A stretch of 64,000 nt of DNA from an uncultured Bacilli bacterium (GTDB taxonomy: Bacteria; Bacillota_I; Bacilli_A; RF39; UBA660), in the NCBI GenBank assembly GCA_934183165.1, contig CAKPRZ010000001.1, positions 54,820-118,819 of the forward strand, in the 5' to 3' direction. Below are positions 9,224 to 18,911 of this stretch, in pieces. Positions within the stretch are counted from its first letter, which is position 1; every line of letters starts with the position of its first letter. Position numbers and translations under genes: made by a program. Below the pieces are notes generated by a model. It made no database searches and was not told the origin of the DNA. It saw only the letters and a program-made list of their open reading frames with translations.

Positions 9224-9709
9224 ATGACAGCTAAAAACGACTTAATGAAACTCAAAAATAAATTGATTGAAAAAGAAACATCAAGTAATGATTTATCAAA
9301 ATATGATGAATATCTATCTAAAGCAAGTGAAATTGGTAAAATCATTGTCAATAAATGCTTAGCTCAAGATATTTACATAAACACTCAAAAATTACAAAAA
9401 CTATTAGTACTTGTACAAATAGAATGCATAAAAGATAGTGGATTCCCCCTATTTTCACAAAACATAGAATATTGGGAATGTGGTGTTGCGATTAAAGAAG
9501 TGGACAAGGAATTTAGACAATATGCATTGGGATTTAATAAATATTTAAATGAGAAAATTGTGTTACTATATTCAGAAATGCAATATATTGATAATATTAT
9601 AAATCAATACGCTTCTCTTACACCGTATGATTTAAATGAATTATGTTTATTGAATAAAGATATTCTAATTCCATTTGCTAGTAAACAAAAATGTAAAATT
9701 TATAAATAA
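9224..9709 (+). CDS. Hypothetical cytoplasmic protein (161 aa) downstream of the pilus ATPase.
   Basis: Intact ORF with SD AGGTGA. No TM or known motif recognised. Confidence 0.45.
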   Translation: MTAKNDLMKLKNKLIEKETSSNDLSKYDEYLSKASEIGKIIVNKCLAQDIYINTQKLQKLLVLVQIECIKDSGFPLFSQNIEYWECGVAIKEVDKEFRQYALGFNKYLNEKIVLLYSEMQYIDNIINQYASLTPYDLNELCLLNKDILIPFASKQKCKIYK

Positions 9710-9715
9710 GTACAA

Positions 9716-9745
9716 AAAAGCTATTCATAGCTTTTTATTTTTTCA
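9716..9745. terminator. Bidirectional rho-independent terminator (aaaagcta-ttca-tagctttt plus T-run).
   Basis: Hairpin flanked by A-run and T-run, between convergent genes. Confidence 0.5.
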
Positions 9746-9793
9746 TAAAAAAAGAATGAATCAAAATTCATTCATAAAATCTTATAAAAACAA

Positions 9794-10465
9794 TTATTCT
9801 TTATCTAAAACAATTTTTAGAACATCATTATTAATTGATTCAATAGTTCTTATTCTATTATCTTCAATACAATTAATGTATTTCCAATTATATAATTCTT
9901 TTAGTTCTAGATAACAAGCTTCTGCATGTCTTAAATGGTTTTCATCTTTTTCATGTTCATCTAACGCAGTTCTATTCTTTTTTAATTCTTTCGCATATTC
10001 ATAAGGCATATGTAGAAAAATTGTAACATCTGGTTTTGGTAACTCCAATAGCCAATATTCTAATTTGTCAATCCATTGATACATATTAAATCTTTCATCT
10101 TTATCATTAATTTTACTACCTTGATGAGCCAAATTAGAAGTCGTATAGCGATCCAATATAACATAATAGCCTTTTTCTAAATAATCATTGACAGTTGAAA
10201 TATTATATTTTCTATCAGCTGCATAATATAACGATGCTATCTTAGGATCTACATTCACAGCTCCTTCTGTGAAATATGATTTACATATTTCTGGTTTACC
10301 TAAGTATGGTCCCCCCACTATTTTTCCTGTTGGTGTATCATATCTTGGAAAATCAATCCTAATGCATTGGTAATTAAGCGATTTTAATCTTGCTTCTAAT
10401 AACTCTGTTTGCGTTTGTTTTCCGCTACAATCAGTTCCTTCAATAACTATTAACTTACCTTTCAT
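9794..10465 (-). CDS. tmk: Thymidylate (dTMP) kinase.
   Basis: P-loop IVIEGTDCSGKQTQ and a DRY motif (ILDRYTTSNLAHQG). Confidence 0.8.
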   Translation of the reverse strand: MKGKLIVIEGTDCSGKQTQTELLEARLKSLNYQCIRIDFPRYDTPTGKIVGGPYLGKPEICKSYFTEGAVNVDPKIASLYYAADRKYNISTVNDYLEKGYYVILDRYTTSNLAHQGSKINDKDERFNMYQWIDKLEYWLLELPKPDVTIFLHMPYEYAKELKKNRTALDEHEKDENHLRHAEACYLELKELYNWKYINCIEDNRIRTIESINNDVLKIVLDKE

Positions 10466-10466
10466 A

Positions 10467-10952
10467 TTACATCACCTTTTTTGTATATTCTACATGGCTA
10501 TATTTAATTCCATCATACTCATGTGTTGAAATTATTTTTTTCTGCCAATCATTATGATTAAATTTTGGAAAGAATCTATCCGCATCATTGTATTGTTTAT
10601 CAATTTCAGTTATATACATCTTATCAACATAATTTATAAATAATTTATATATTGCTTCTCCTCCAATTATTACAATTTCCTCTTCTCTGTTAGTCAAATC
10701 ATTTAAAAGTTTATTAAAATCCTTATAGACTATAACTTCTTTAGGAAACTCATAATCATCAAGTGTTAAAACAATATGTTTTCTATTTGGTAATACCTTT
10801 GGCAAAGAATAAAATGTATTACTTCCCATAACAATTGTCTTGTTAAGTGTTTTTTCTTTAAAGAATTGCAAATCCTCGGGAATATTCCAAAGTAAACTAT
10901 TGTTTTTTCCTATTTCATTATTTTTACCTACCGCTACTATAAGTGTTAACAT
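10467..10952 (-). CDS. folA: Dihydrofolate reductase.
   Basis: MLTLIVAVGKNNEIGKNNSLLWNIPEDLQFFKEKT ... IVMG, the typical DHFR N-terminus. Adjacent to thyA. Confidence 0.85.
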   Translation of the reverse strand: MLTLIVAVGKNNEIGKNNSLLWNIPEDLQFFKEKTLNKTIVMGSNTFYSLPKVLPNRKHIVLTLDDYEFPKEVIVYKDFNKLLNDLTNREEEIVIIGGEAIYKLFINYVDKMYITEIDKQYNDADRFFPKFNHNDWQKKIISTHEYDGIKYSHVEYTKKVM

Positions 10953-10954
10953 AT

Positions 10955-11854
10955 TTACCTCGCTATATCAAAGTGAATTGGTCCCATATCTTCATAATCT
11001 TTAACTTTTATATCAAGACAATCCTTTGAATTATCAAATTCAAAGAAATCTTTAATATCTTTATTTATCCATAATGTTGGTGCTTTTAAATGACCTTTTT
11101 CATCAAATCTTTTAATTTGTTCCTCAATCCCAGAAATTTGATTTGTATATATATGAGCATCTTTAATACTCCAATCAATTGTACCTGGTTTTAGTCCAGT
11201 TACTTGTGCAATTAAACATAATAGTGTTGCATATTGAGTAACATTAAAAGGAAGTCCCAAAGGAACATCACAACTTCTTTGATGTACCCAAATATTAATC
11301 TTTCCATCCGTAACATCCCATTCACTACTCCATACACAAGAAGGCAAAACAGCAGTAGACAAATAATCGTTCTGCCAAAGAGACATTACCATTCTACGAT
11401 CACTACTATTATTTTTTAAGGTATCAATCAAGGTTTGAGTCATGTTGAACTTTTTTACAATATATCCATATGCTGTCCCTATAGTATGTGCAAATGATAT
11501 ATCAAATTTTTTCTTAACAAGTTCTTTTTTCTTTTTACCATTTTCAAAAGTTAGTTGTTCTGCTTGCCAATAACCATCTTTATCAATTTCCCATTCATCC
11601 CAAATATGTACATTTCTCTCTTGTAACCATCTAACATCATTTGATTGGGCTTGATATATCCAAAGCATTTCTAAAATTGCTTGCCTAAAATACAATCTTT
11701 TTGTAGTTAAAACCGGGAATTCTTCTGAAAGATCAAAATGTAGATGATATGATGGTATCTTAACGGAGTCAATTCCTGTTCTATTTTCTACTCTTTTTCC
11801 ATCTTTTAATATTTTCTTGCAAAGTTTTATATATTCAACATCCCATTTAGACAT
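10955..11854 (-). CDS. thyA: Thymidylate synthase (ThyA family, long-insert Gram-positive type) with an atypical active-site strand.
   Basis: HQRSCDVPLGLPFNVTQYATL matches the ThyA core and Asn of LPFN is present. The nucleophile region reads LPSCVWSSEWDV instead of the usual (L/A)PPCH(A/T)(F/L)(F/Y)QFYV. Confidence 0.75.
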   Translation of the reverse strand: MSKWDVEYIKLCKKILKDGKRVENRTGIDSVKIPSYHLHFDLSEEFPVLTTKRLYFRQAILEMLWIYQAQSNDVRWLQERNVHIWDEWEIDKDGYWQAEQLTFENGKKKKELVKKKFDISFAHTIGTAYGYIVKKFNMTQTLIDTLKNNSSDRRMVMSLWQNDYLSTAVLPSCVWSSEWDVTDGKINIWVHQRSCDVPLGLPFNVTQYATLLCLIAQVTGLKPGTIDWSIKDAHIYTNQISGIEEQIKRFDEKGHLKAPTLWINKDIKDFFEFDNSKDCLDIKVKDYEDMGPIHFDIAR

Positions 11855-11857
11855 ATT

Positions 11858-12442
11858 TTACTCCTCTACAATATTATTATTTTCATCAAAGTTTAATAAC
11901 AATACTTTTCTACTGGCTAAATAATCACACATATGAACAAAGTTCTGATATTTATTTTTTGGTATTGGTAGAACTTCATTACCATCAAAATCTTTATTCC
12001 AAACACCCATATGTGACACTATGACATTACACATAAAATCTATATTTTCATCATTCATACCTAAATTTTTTCTATTTTCTTTTACATACTGTGCTGCTAG
12101 AAGAGGATGTTCTACTTTTGTATATTTACTCTTTTCTTTTCCTGATTTTAATCCATCATGTATCATAAGAGCCATCAACATTAATTCCTTTTCTTCTTCA
12201 GTATATTTATCACCAATTAAAGGATCACTCAATAATTCATAGGCAATTCTAACTGCTGCTTTAGTATGTCTCAATAATCCACCTTCACCAGTTGCATACT
12301 TAGGGTGATATTTTCCTGTAGATGATGCCGGAACTTCAAAAAAGTAATCTGGTAATCCATCAATTAAATAACAGATGTCTGCTTTTAAGGTTTTATCTTT
12401 TATATATGACAATTCTTTTTCAAACTTTTCTACTTTATTCAT
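11858..12442 (-). CDS. HD-domain phosphohydrolase (194 aa).
   Basis: H...HD metal-binding signature (LLRHTKAAV ... LMIHDGLKSG ... VSHMG). Lies in the dTMP-synthesis gene neighbourhood. Confidence 0.65.
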   Translation of the reverse strand: MNKVEKFEKELSYIKDKTLKADICYLIDGLPDYFFEVPASSTGKYHPKYATGEGGLLRHTKAAVRIAYELLSDPLIGDKYTEEEKELMLMALMIHDGLKSGKEKSKYTKVEHPLLAAQYVKENRKNLGMNDENIDFMCNVIVSHMGVWNKDFDGNEVLPIPKNKYQNFVHMCDYLASRKVLLLNFDENNNIVEE

Positions 12443-12491
12443 ATATCCTCCACTACAACAATATTATATCATATCAAACACTTGTTTGCAA

Positions 12492-13577
12492 TTAAACAAT
12501 AATAAAATTTAACAAAATATTATTAGATACATACAATTTATCTTTTGGAATATAGATATAATCATCATCTTCCATAAGTAATTTTTGTTCTAATAATGAA
12601 TTAATATCGAATACATCTTCTACATTTTTATTAAACTTTAATTTGAACTTTGATTTCGATATACCTTCCATTTTTCTTAAACCACAAATAAGTTCTTCTT
12701 CCATCTTTGTTTTAGTATCTATGTATTCTCTATAAAGTATAGTATCACCTTTAAGATATTTAGTAATACTCCTTGTATTAGTATATCTACTACTATCTAC
12801 ATAACCAGATGCCCCAAGTCCAAAGCCATAATATTCTTCGTTATTCCAGTAATTTAAATTATGTTTAGATGCTTTTCCATCTCTACTAAAATTACTTATT
12901 TCATAGTGATCATATCCCATATTTTCCAATACATCAATTATATGATAATACATTTTATTTTCCAACTCTTCATCTATAGGATGATATTCATCAATATATA
13001 ATTTTGTATTCTTTTCAAGTATTAAAGAATAAATAGAGACATGATCAACATCTAATTTTTTTATTAAATTAAGGTCCTTATCTAAATCATCAATAGTTTC
13101 ACCATTAAAGCCATACATAAGATCAACACTAATATTACTAAAATATCTTTTGCATAAGCGAATTTTATTCATAATATCTATTTCATTATTTTTACGATTT
13201 AATAGTTTAAAATATTTATCATTTATTGTTTCTATTCCTACACTTATTCTATTTATTCCATATGATTTAATTAATTTTAATTTTTCTTCTGTTACATCTT
13301 CTATATTAAATTCCATCGTAAATTCTAAATTCTTACTTAAATTAAAATCTTTTATTATACTAAATAATTCTTTTAATTGATAAATATTGAGTGACGATGG
13401 AGTTCCCCCACCTATATAAATTGTTTCTAATTCATCTTTTTTATAATTATTTATAATTTCCTCTTTAAGTTTTTTTAAATATTTATTAACTGTATTTTCA
13501 TTATAAAAGATTTTACAAAAGTCGCAATAAGAACAAATATTTCTACAAAACGGTATATGTATATACATGCTTTTCAT
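12492..13577 (-). CDS. hemW: Radical SAM heme chaperone HemW (HemN-like, oxygen-independent coproporphyrinogen oxidase family).
   Basis: CxxxCxxC (CRNICSYCDFC), YIGGGTPS, and conserved lepA-hemW synteny. Confidence 0.85.
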   Translation of the reverse strand: MKSMYIHIPFCRNICSYCDFCKIFYNENTVNKYLKKLKEEIINNYKKDELETIYIGGGTPSSLNIYQLKELFSIIKDFNLSKNLEFTMEFNIEDVTEEKLKLIKSYGINRISVGIETINDKYFKLLNRKNNEIDIMNKIRLCKRYFSNISVDLMYGFNGETIDDLDKDLNLIKKLDVDHVSIYSLILEKNTKLYIDEYHPIDEELENKMYYHIIDVLENMGYDHYEISNFSRDGKASKHNLNYWNNEEYYGFGLGASGYVDSSRYTNTRSITKYLKGDTILYREYIDTKTKMEEELICGLRKMEGISKSKFKLKFNKNVEDVFDINSLLEQKLLMEDDDYIYIPKDKLYVSNNILLNFIIV

Positions 13578-14035
13578 TATCTTCTTTTATTTCCTGGTTT
13601 ATGTGAATCAAGTACACAAGATAATTCTTCATACAACTCGTCTCCAATTCTATCTTTTGATAGATTATCTTTTATAGTTGATTTAGGAATACCACTTTTA
13701 TGTTCTAATTGTCTAAGGCTCAAATCTTTATCAATTATATCTCTTGCTAAACTTGCTGCTGTTTCGCTATCAAAGGAAAAAGATTTTCCAATACGCACAT
13801 TACTTATGGTACTTGGTTTACCATTCATTCCACCTTTTATAGCACCTCTAATCAGGTTTTTTTCTTTTTTTTCATTTACCAATTTGTATTTATCTGGACA
13901 TATTTCTTCTAGTTTTTTCATATGTACTTGAAAACTTTTTTTGCATATTCCAAAGTGATTCGCAGCATCACTCATAGTTACATCATTATTTAAATAATAA
14001 TCCGCTTCACTTATTATATTTTCATTTTTTCTCAT
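13577..14035 (-). CDS. Small DNA-binding protein with two HTH-like repeats (SpoIIID-like).
   Basis: Two ~45-aa repeats, each with an HTH-like segment (HFGICKKSFQVHMKKL; KSGIPKSTIKDNL). Resembles SpoIIID (..SKSTVHKDL..). Confidence 0.4.
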   Translation of the reverse strand: MRKNENIISEADYYLNNDVTMSDAANHFGICKKSFQVHMKKLEEICPDKYKLVNEKKEKNLIRGAIKGGMNGKPSTISNVRIGKSFSFDSETAASLARDIIDKDLSLRQLEHKSGIPKSTIKDNLSKDRIGDELYEELSCVLDSHKPGNKRR

Positions 14036-14047
14036 AACTACCTCTAA

Positions 14048-14476
14048 TTATTTTTTGCCTGATTTTTTATTTTGTTCATAATTATTTACAACTTTGTGAT
14101 ATAGTTCACTACCTAATATGTCTTCAGTAAAATTGTTATATATAGTTGCTACTGAAACATTAGTCACCTGTTGTAAATCTCTTAGTGTATAATTGTTTTC
14201 TACCATTTCATTTGCTAATGATATGATTTCGTCTTGTTGTAGTTTTTTATTACCTAAGTTTCCACTTGTTGCTTTACTTTTATACCAGTTTTCCCTTTTC
14301 TTTTCATCAACTAATTTTTGAGCTTTTTCGCCTAATTTAATAGATTTTTCTCCATTAAAATATCTAACTAATGAAGTTTTTGATATGCCATAATCAACTG
14401 CCAACTTTGATAATGGAGTCCCCGTTTGGCAATATATCATTGCCATTTCACTTAATATTTTGTCTGTTACTTTCAT
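14048..14476 (-). CDS. Paralogous small DNA-binding protein with two HTH-like repeats (SpoIIID-like).
   Basis: Same two-repeat architecture (DYGISKTSLVRYF; VTNVSVATIYNNF) as the adjacent gene. Tandem paralogs. Confidence 0.4.
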   Translation of the reverse strand: MKVTDKILSEMAMIYCQTGTPLSKLAVDYGISKTSLVRYFNGEKSIKLGEKAQKLVDEKKRENWYKSKATSGNLGNKKLQQDEIISLANEMVENNYTLRDLQQVTNVSVATIYNNFTEDILGSELYHKVVNNYEQNKKSGKK

Positions 14477-14484
14477 AAACTCTC

Positions 14485-16287
14485 CTACTTCTCATTATCC
14501 ATACTTAATACACTCATGAATGCCTCTTGTGGCAATTCAACACTACCTATTTGTTTCATTTTCTTTTTTCCCTCTTTTTGTTTTTCAAGAAGTTTTCTTT
14601 TTCTAGTAATATCTCCACCATAGCATTTTGCTAAAACATCTTTCCTTAATGCTTTAACAGTTGATCTTGCTATGATATGTGAACCAATTGCTGCCTGTAT
14701 TGGAATTTCAAACATTTGTCTTGGAATTGATTTTTTTAATTGTTCAACAACACTTTTACCTCTTTGATAAGCAAAATCTTTATGTACAATTACACTCAAT
14801 GCATCAATAACTTCTCCATTTAACAAAATATCCATTTTAACAAGCTTACTAGGCCTATTACCAATTAGATCATAATCAAAAGATGCATATCCTTTCGTGT
14901 ATGACTTTAACTTATCAAAAAAGTCATATACTATCTCCGAAAGTGGCAATTCATAATGAATATTAACCCTAGTTGGATCAATATATTCCATACTTACATA
15001 GTTCCCTCTTTTATCTTGACAAAGTTCCATTATTGATCCAATATATTCGCTCGGTGTAAATATATTAGTTTTGATAAATGGTTCTCTAATTTCAGTTATA
15101 TAGCCTGGATCTGGCAATTTACTAGGCGCATCAACCATAACAACATCTTTATTTGTTAACACTACTTCGTATACAACAGATGGCGCTGTGGTAATTAAAT
15201 CTATATTAAATTCCCTAGTAATTCGCTCCTTTATTATATCAAGATGCAATAATCCAAGAAAGCCGCATCTAAATCCAAAGCCTAATGCTGTTGATGTTTC
15301 TGGTTCGAATACTAAAGAAGCATCATTTAATTTTAACTTTCCAAGAGCTTCTCTTAATTCTTCGAATTTTGTTGACTCTATTGGATAAAGTCCGCAAAAA
15401 ACCATTGATTTCATAGGTTTATACCCTGGAAGAGCTAAAGAAGCAGGATTGTTTTCTAGTGTTATTGTATCACCAACTTTTACATCCGAAATATTTTTAA
15501 TACTAGCAACAACAAAACCAACTTCACCAGACTCTAACATATTTTTAGAGACTTCTTTGGGTGTGTTTATTAGAAGTTCTGTAACTTCGTATGTAGCAGA
15601 TGTTTGCATAAATTTAATTTTATCTCCTACTTTTAAGTTACCATTAACAATTCTCGCTGATACTATAACACCTCTATATGCATCAAACACACTATCGAAA
15701 ATTAATGCTTGGAGTTTATCTTTATTATTTCCTTTAGGTGCCGGTACTCTTTCTACAATAGCATTAACTAATTTCTTAATACCTACTCCTGTTTTTGCAC
15801 TAGTAAGAATAATTTCATCCTCATCAAAACCAATAACATCCATAAGCTCTTTTTTTACTTTTTCTATATCAGCATTTGGCAAATCTATTTTATTAATAAC
15901 AGGAATTATGGTTAAGTTATTTTCCATGGCTAAATAAAGATTTGCTAAAGTTTGAGCCTCTATTCCCTGTGCTGCATCTACAACTAAAATAGCACCTTCA
16001 CATGCTGCCAAGCTTCTAGATACTTCATAAGAAAAATCAACATGTCCTGGAGTATCAATTAAATTAAGCAAATAATCTTCATTATTATAATTGTACTTTA
16101 ATGATGCTGTATTTAATTTTATTGTAATACCTCTTTCTCTTTCAATATCCATGCTGTCCAAGAATTGATCTTTTGCTTCTCTCTTACTAAGAGCATTAGT
16201 AACCTCTAAAATTCTATCGGCAATAGTACTTTTACCATGATCTATATGTGCTATAATACAAAAATTTCTAATATTTTCCTGTTTCAT
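14485..16287 (-). CDS. lepA: Elongation factor 4 (LepA).
   Basis: [36 protein letters not shown], and the LepA-specific C-terminal domain. Confidence 0.95.
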   Translation of the reverse strand: MKQENIRNFCIIAHIDHGKSTIADRILEVTNALSKREAKDQFLDSMDIERERGITIKLNTASLKYNYNNEDYLLNLIDTPGHVDFSYEVSRSLAACEGAILVVDAAQGIEAQTLANLYLAMENNLTIIPVINKIDLPNADIEKVKKELMDVIGFDEDEIILTSAKTGVGIKKLVNAIVERVPAPKGNNKDKLQALIFDSVFDAYRGVIVSARIVNGNLKVGDKIKFMQTSATYEVTELLINTPKEVSKNMLESGEVGFVVASIKNISDVKVGDTITLENNPASLALPGYKPMKSMVFCGLYPIESTKFEELREALGKLKLNDASLVFEPETSTALGFGFRCGFLGLLHLDIIKERITREFNIDLITTAPSVVYEVVLTNKDVVMVDAPSKLPDPGYITEIREPFIKTNIFTPSEYIGSIMELCQDKRGNYVSMEYIDPTRVNIHYELPLSEIVYDFFDKLKSYTKGYASFDYDLIGNRPSKLVKMDILLNGEVIDALSVIVHKDFAYQRGKSVVEQLKKSIPRQMFEIPIQAAIGSHIIARSTVKALRKDVLAKCYGGDITRKRKLLEKQKEGKKKMKQIGSVELPQEAFMSVLSMDNEK

Positions 16288-16330
16288 TTTACCACCTTGA
16301 TTTATTTTATCATAAATTTATAAAAGAAAA

Positions 16331-16358
16331 AAGGTTATAGAAAAAATCTATAACCTTA
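16331..16358 (-). terminator. Rho-independent terminator of the 842-aa gene (aaggttatag-N7-ctataacctt plus T-run on minus).
   Basis: Read from sequence. Confidence 0.5.
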
Positions 16359-16365
16359 ATTGAAT

Positions 16366-18894
16366 TTATTTTCTTAAAACAGGTCCTTCGTATTCTTGCT
16401 CTTGTGCTTCAAATAATTCTTTTAACGCTTCTTTTGCAAGTTCTTCATAATAACTTGTATTTACATGTGGTGTTGCATATGATTCTGATTGAGAATTAAC
16501 ACCGGATCTAGTTTCATATCCATCATAATTTTCATCATATATATCATCGCCAAAATCAGAGTCTTCTGGTCCAGCTAAATTTGGATCATCAATAACATTA
16601 TCAGATGGCTTTTCTGATTCTATTGGTGTATCATCTTTAAAATCATTTTTATTGTCGTTATTATTATTGTTGTTATTATTATTGTTGTTATTATTATTGT
16701 TGCTATTATTGTTATTACTATTGTTATTTTTATTATTATTTTTGCTTTCTGCTTGTTTTTGAGCTTCTTTATATAAGTCTTCTGCTTCTTTTCTAGTAAT
16801 AGCACCTTGACTAACTGCTGAATTTAACTTTTGATTAATACCATTTAGCCATCCACTCTTGTATGCTTCAGCCATTTCTCCAGTATAACCTCTTTTTGAT
16901 AAATCTTTCGAAAGTCTTGCTTGAATTTGAGAATCTGAAGATGTAATTCTTTCATTATTAAATGCATATGCTGCTTGAGCTATATCAGATAAAGTACCTT
17001 GTGTTGGAACCTTACTAACTGCATTTGGATTAATTCTATTATATATATCAGCATGACTATATGCACCTTTTTCTTCTGCATAATTAGTTGCATCTGTCCA
17101 TCCAGCCTTAGCTGCAGTCGCTTTATCTCCTTTGTAGGTATTCTTATCTATTTGAACTTCATTAAAATCCTTTTCTTGTTTTTCTGCTTCTTTTCTTTCG
17201 CTTGGAGTTAAATCAGATTTATTAACTTTCTTAGAAGTTGTTGTTGTTGTATTACTGATAACCTTACCGTTTTTCTTTGCAAAATCAAGCTTTTGCTCAG
17301 CACTCATCTTGTCCCATTCATCTTTTGAAACGGAAGTGCCAGTATATGTTTCTATTTTTTCTACTCCTCTAATTCTATTGTTATATAAGATATCATCTTT
17401 AACTTCAATATAAGGTCCAAGTTCTCTATCAGCAGCATTTTTAACTTGATTATATACAGGAACATTATTTTCTTTATTTTCTAATTCTACATACTCTTCA
17501 TATGTCATTTGCCCTGATAGTATCTTTTCTGATGATTTTACATCTTTTTTATCTAAAGCTGTTGATGCTAGTGCAACCTTAGTAACCATTTGTTGATTAG
17601 CTAATGGAGTAATTATATCAGAAGATATATGTTCTCTCATGGCTGCTATTGTACAACTACCTTTCTCGGCAGTGTCTAACATATCTTTTAATTTTTCACC
17701 ACTTTGAATTTGTGATGCTTTATTATCACGATACTCTTCATCTAAAGTACCAGGTTCTGAAGTTACTTTTAAATAATGACTGTATTTTTCTTCAACATTG
17801 GCATCATAATAACCTCTAACCATATTTAACATTAAATGTTTAACATATTTTTCAGTAGATTTATCCATTTTTGAATCATTGGCACCATTAATACCATGAA
17901 TATAAGAGTATCCAAATGTTCTAATTAATCTATCAGCAGCATCAGTAGTTTGATTTTTATTAAATTCTACTAACTTGCCTTCCAAATCTTCAAACCAAGT
18001 TCTGTTTTCTTTGTCTGTTATCAATGTAGAAACAGTGCTAGGCGCTTTTCCATTCATAGCATACAAACTCATTTTAGATACAAAGTTGTAATAATTTTCT
18101 TCAATAGCCTGTGCATCTAATTCTTGAAGCCCAAAGATTGAGAATAATTCTTCACCACTATAGTTATTTAATACTAACATAGCTGACGATACTTCATCAT
18201 AAGTAAATTGTAATACTGCATTATCCTTTTTATCTGCTTCTAATGCAAATACAGATTCATCTTTTGCCAACTTATTCAATTGTTCTGTAACATCATATGC
18301 AGTTTGTGAGAACTTTCTTAATTCACTATCTTCAGGTAAAGCTTTCATAAGTTCATCAAATGATGCTGTATTAAAATCTATGTTTTTATTTGTTGACTTT
18401 CCATTACGTTTAGAACATTGTGAAAGCGTTACAGCTAATGCACCGGTTACACCAGCTACAGCTGCTGTAGTAACTGCAATTGTTTTAATAGTTTTTCTCT
18501 TATTTTTATCTTTACGTATAGAATTAATGTCTTCATCATCTTTTTCTTCTTCATCATCAAATGTTGGTTCAGTATCAGGAGAAATATCAGCTATTGAATC
18601 AATATCCGAAGGGAATTTTACAATTAAACTATCCCTAGTAAATTCTGTTTCTAAATTTTCTGCTTCTTTACTGTTTTCAGGAACAATCTCTAAATGTCCC
18701 ATTGCTATTAACTGATTTAAGAAATCAGGAGATGAAGTATCAAGACCAAATTCATTTGCAAAATCTATAATCATTTGATCATGGACTTTAAAGTCATATG
18801 GTACCTTTTTTAGACCATCATCAGTATGAACATATGCATATTTTGGATTATTAGATTCATTATTTACAATTGAAATTTTATTTATTTTATCCAT
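16366..18894 (-). CDS. Large membrane protein (842 aa): ~135-aa cytoplasmic N-domain, one TM, ~700-aa extracytoplasmic region with a poly-Asn tract and an acidic C-terminus.
   Basis: TM IKTIAVTTAAVAGVTGALAVTL. Low-complexity NNNKNNNSNNNNSNNNNNNNNNNNNNNNDNKND. No known catalytic motif. Confidence 0.65.
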   Translation of the reverse strand: MDKINKISIVNNESNNPKYAYVHTDDGLKKVPYDFKVHDQMIIDFANEFGLDTSSPDFLNQLIAMGHLEIVPENSKEAENLETEFTRDSLIVKFPSDIDSIADISPDTEPTFDDEEEKDDEDINSIRKDKNKRKTIKTIAVTTAAVAGVTGALAVTLSQCSKRNGKSTNKNIDFNTASFDELMKALPEDSELRKFSQTAYDVTEQLNKLAKDESVFALEADKKDNAVLQFTYDEVSSAMLVLNNYSGEELFSIFGLQELDAQAIEENYYNFVSKMSLYAMNGKAPSTVSTLITDKENRTWFEDLEGKLVEFNKNQTTDAADRLIRTFGYSYIHGINGANDSKMDKSTEKYVKHLMLNMVRGYYDANVEEKYSHYLKVTSEPGTLDEEYRDNKASQIQSGEKLKDMLDTAEKGSCTIAAMREHISSDIITPLANQQMVTKVALASTALDKKDVKSSEKILSGQMTYEEYVELENKENNVPVYNQVKNAADRELGPYIEVKDDILYNNRIRGVEKIETYTGTSVSKDEWDKMSAEQKLDFAKKNGKVISNTTTTTSKKVNKSDLTPSERKEAEKQEKDFNEVQIDKNTYKGDKATAAKAGWTDATNYAEEKGAYSHADIYNRINPNAVSKVPTQGTLSDIAQAAYAFNNERITSSDSQIQARLSKDLSKRGYTGEMAEAYKSGWLNGINQKLNSAVSQGAITRKEAEDLYKEAQKQAESKNNNKNNNSNNNNSNNNNNNNNNNNNNNNDNKNDFKDDTPIESEKPSDNVIDDPNLAGPEDSDFGDDIYDENYDGYETRSGVNSQSESYATPHVNTSYYEELAKEALKELFEAQEQEYEGPVLRK
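16652..16742. repeat. Coding trinucleotide (AAT/AAC)n-type microsatellite (~90 nt) encoding the poly-Asn tract.
   Basis: gttattattattgttgttattattattgttgttattattattgttgctattattgttattactattgttatt (plus strand). Confidence 0.8.
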
Positions 18895-18911
18895 ATATTA
18901 TCACTTCACTC

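Noticed and set aside
9675-9914. 79-aa plus-strand ORF overlapping the 3' end of tmk.
   Set aside because: It overlaps the terminator and the convergent tmk gene, and has no SD or conserved features.
16620-16805. A 61-aa ORF and repeat-like pattern that might look CRISPR-like or like an independent gene.
   Set aside because: It is an alternate frame of the coding (AAT/AAC)n microsatellite inside the 842-aa gene. There are no spacer-repeat units.
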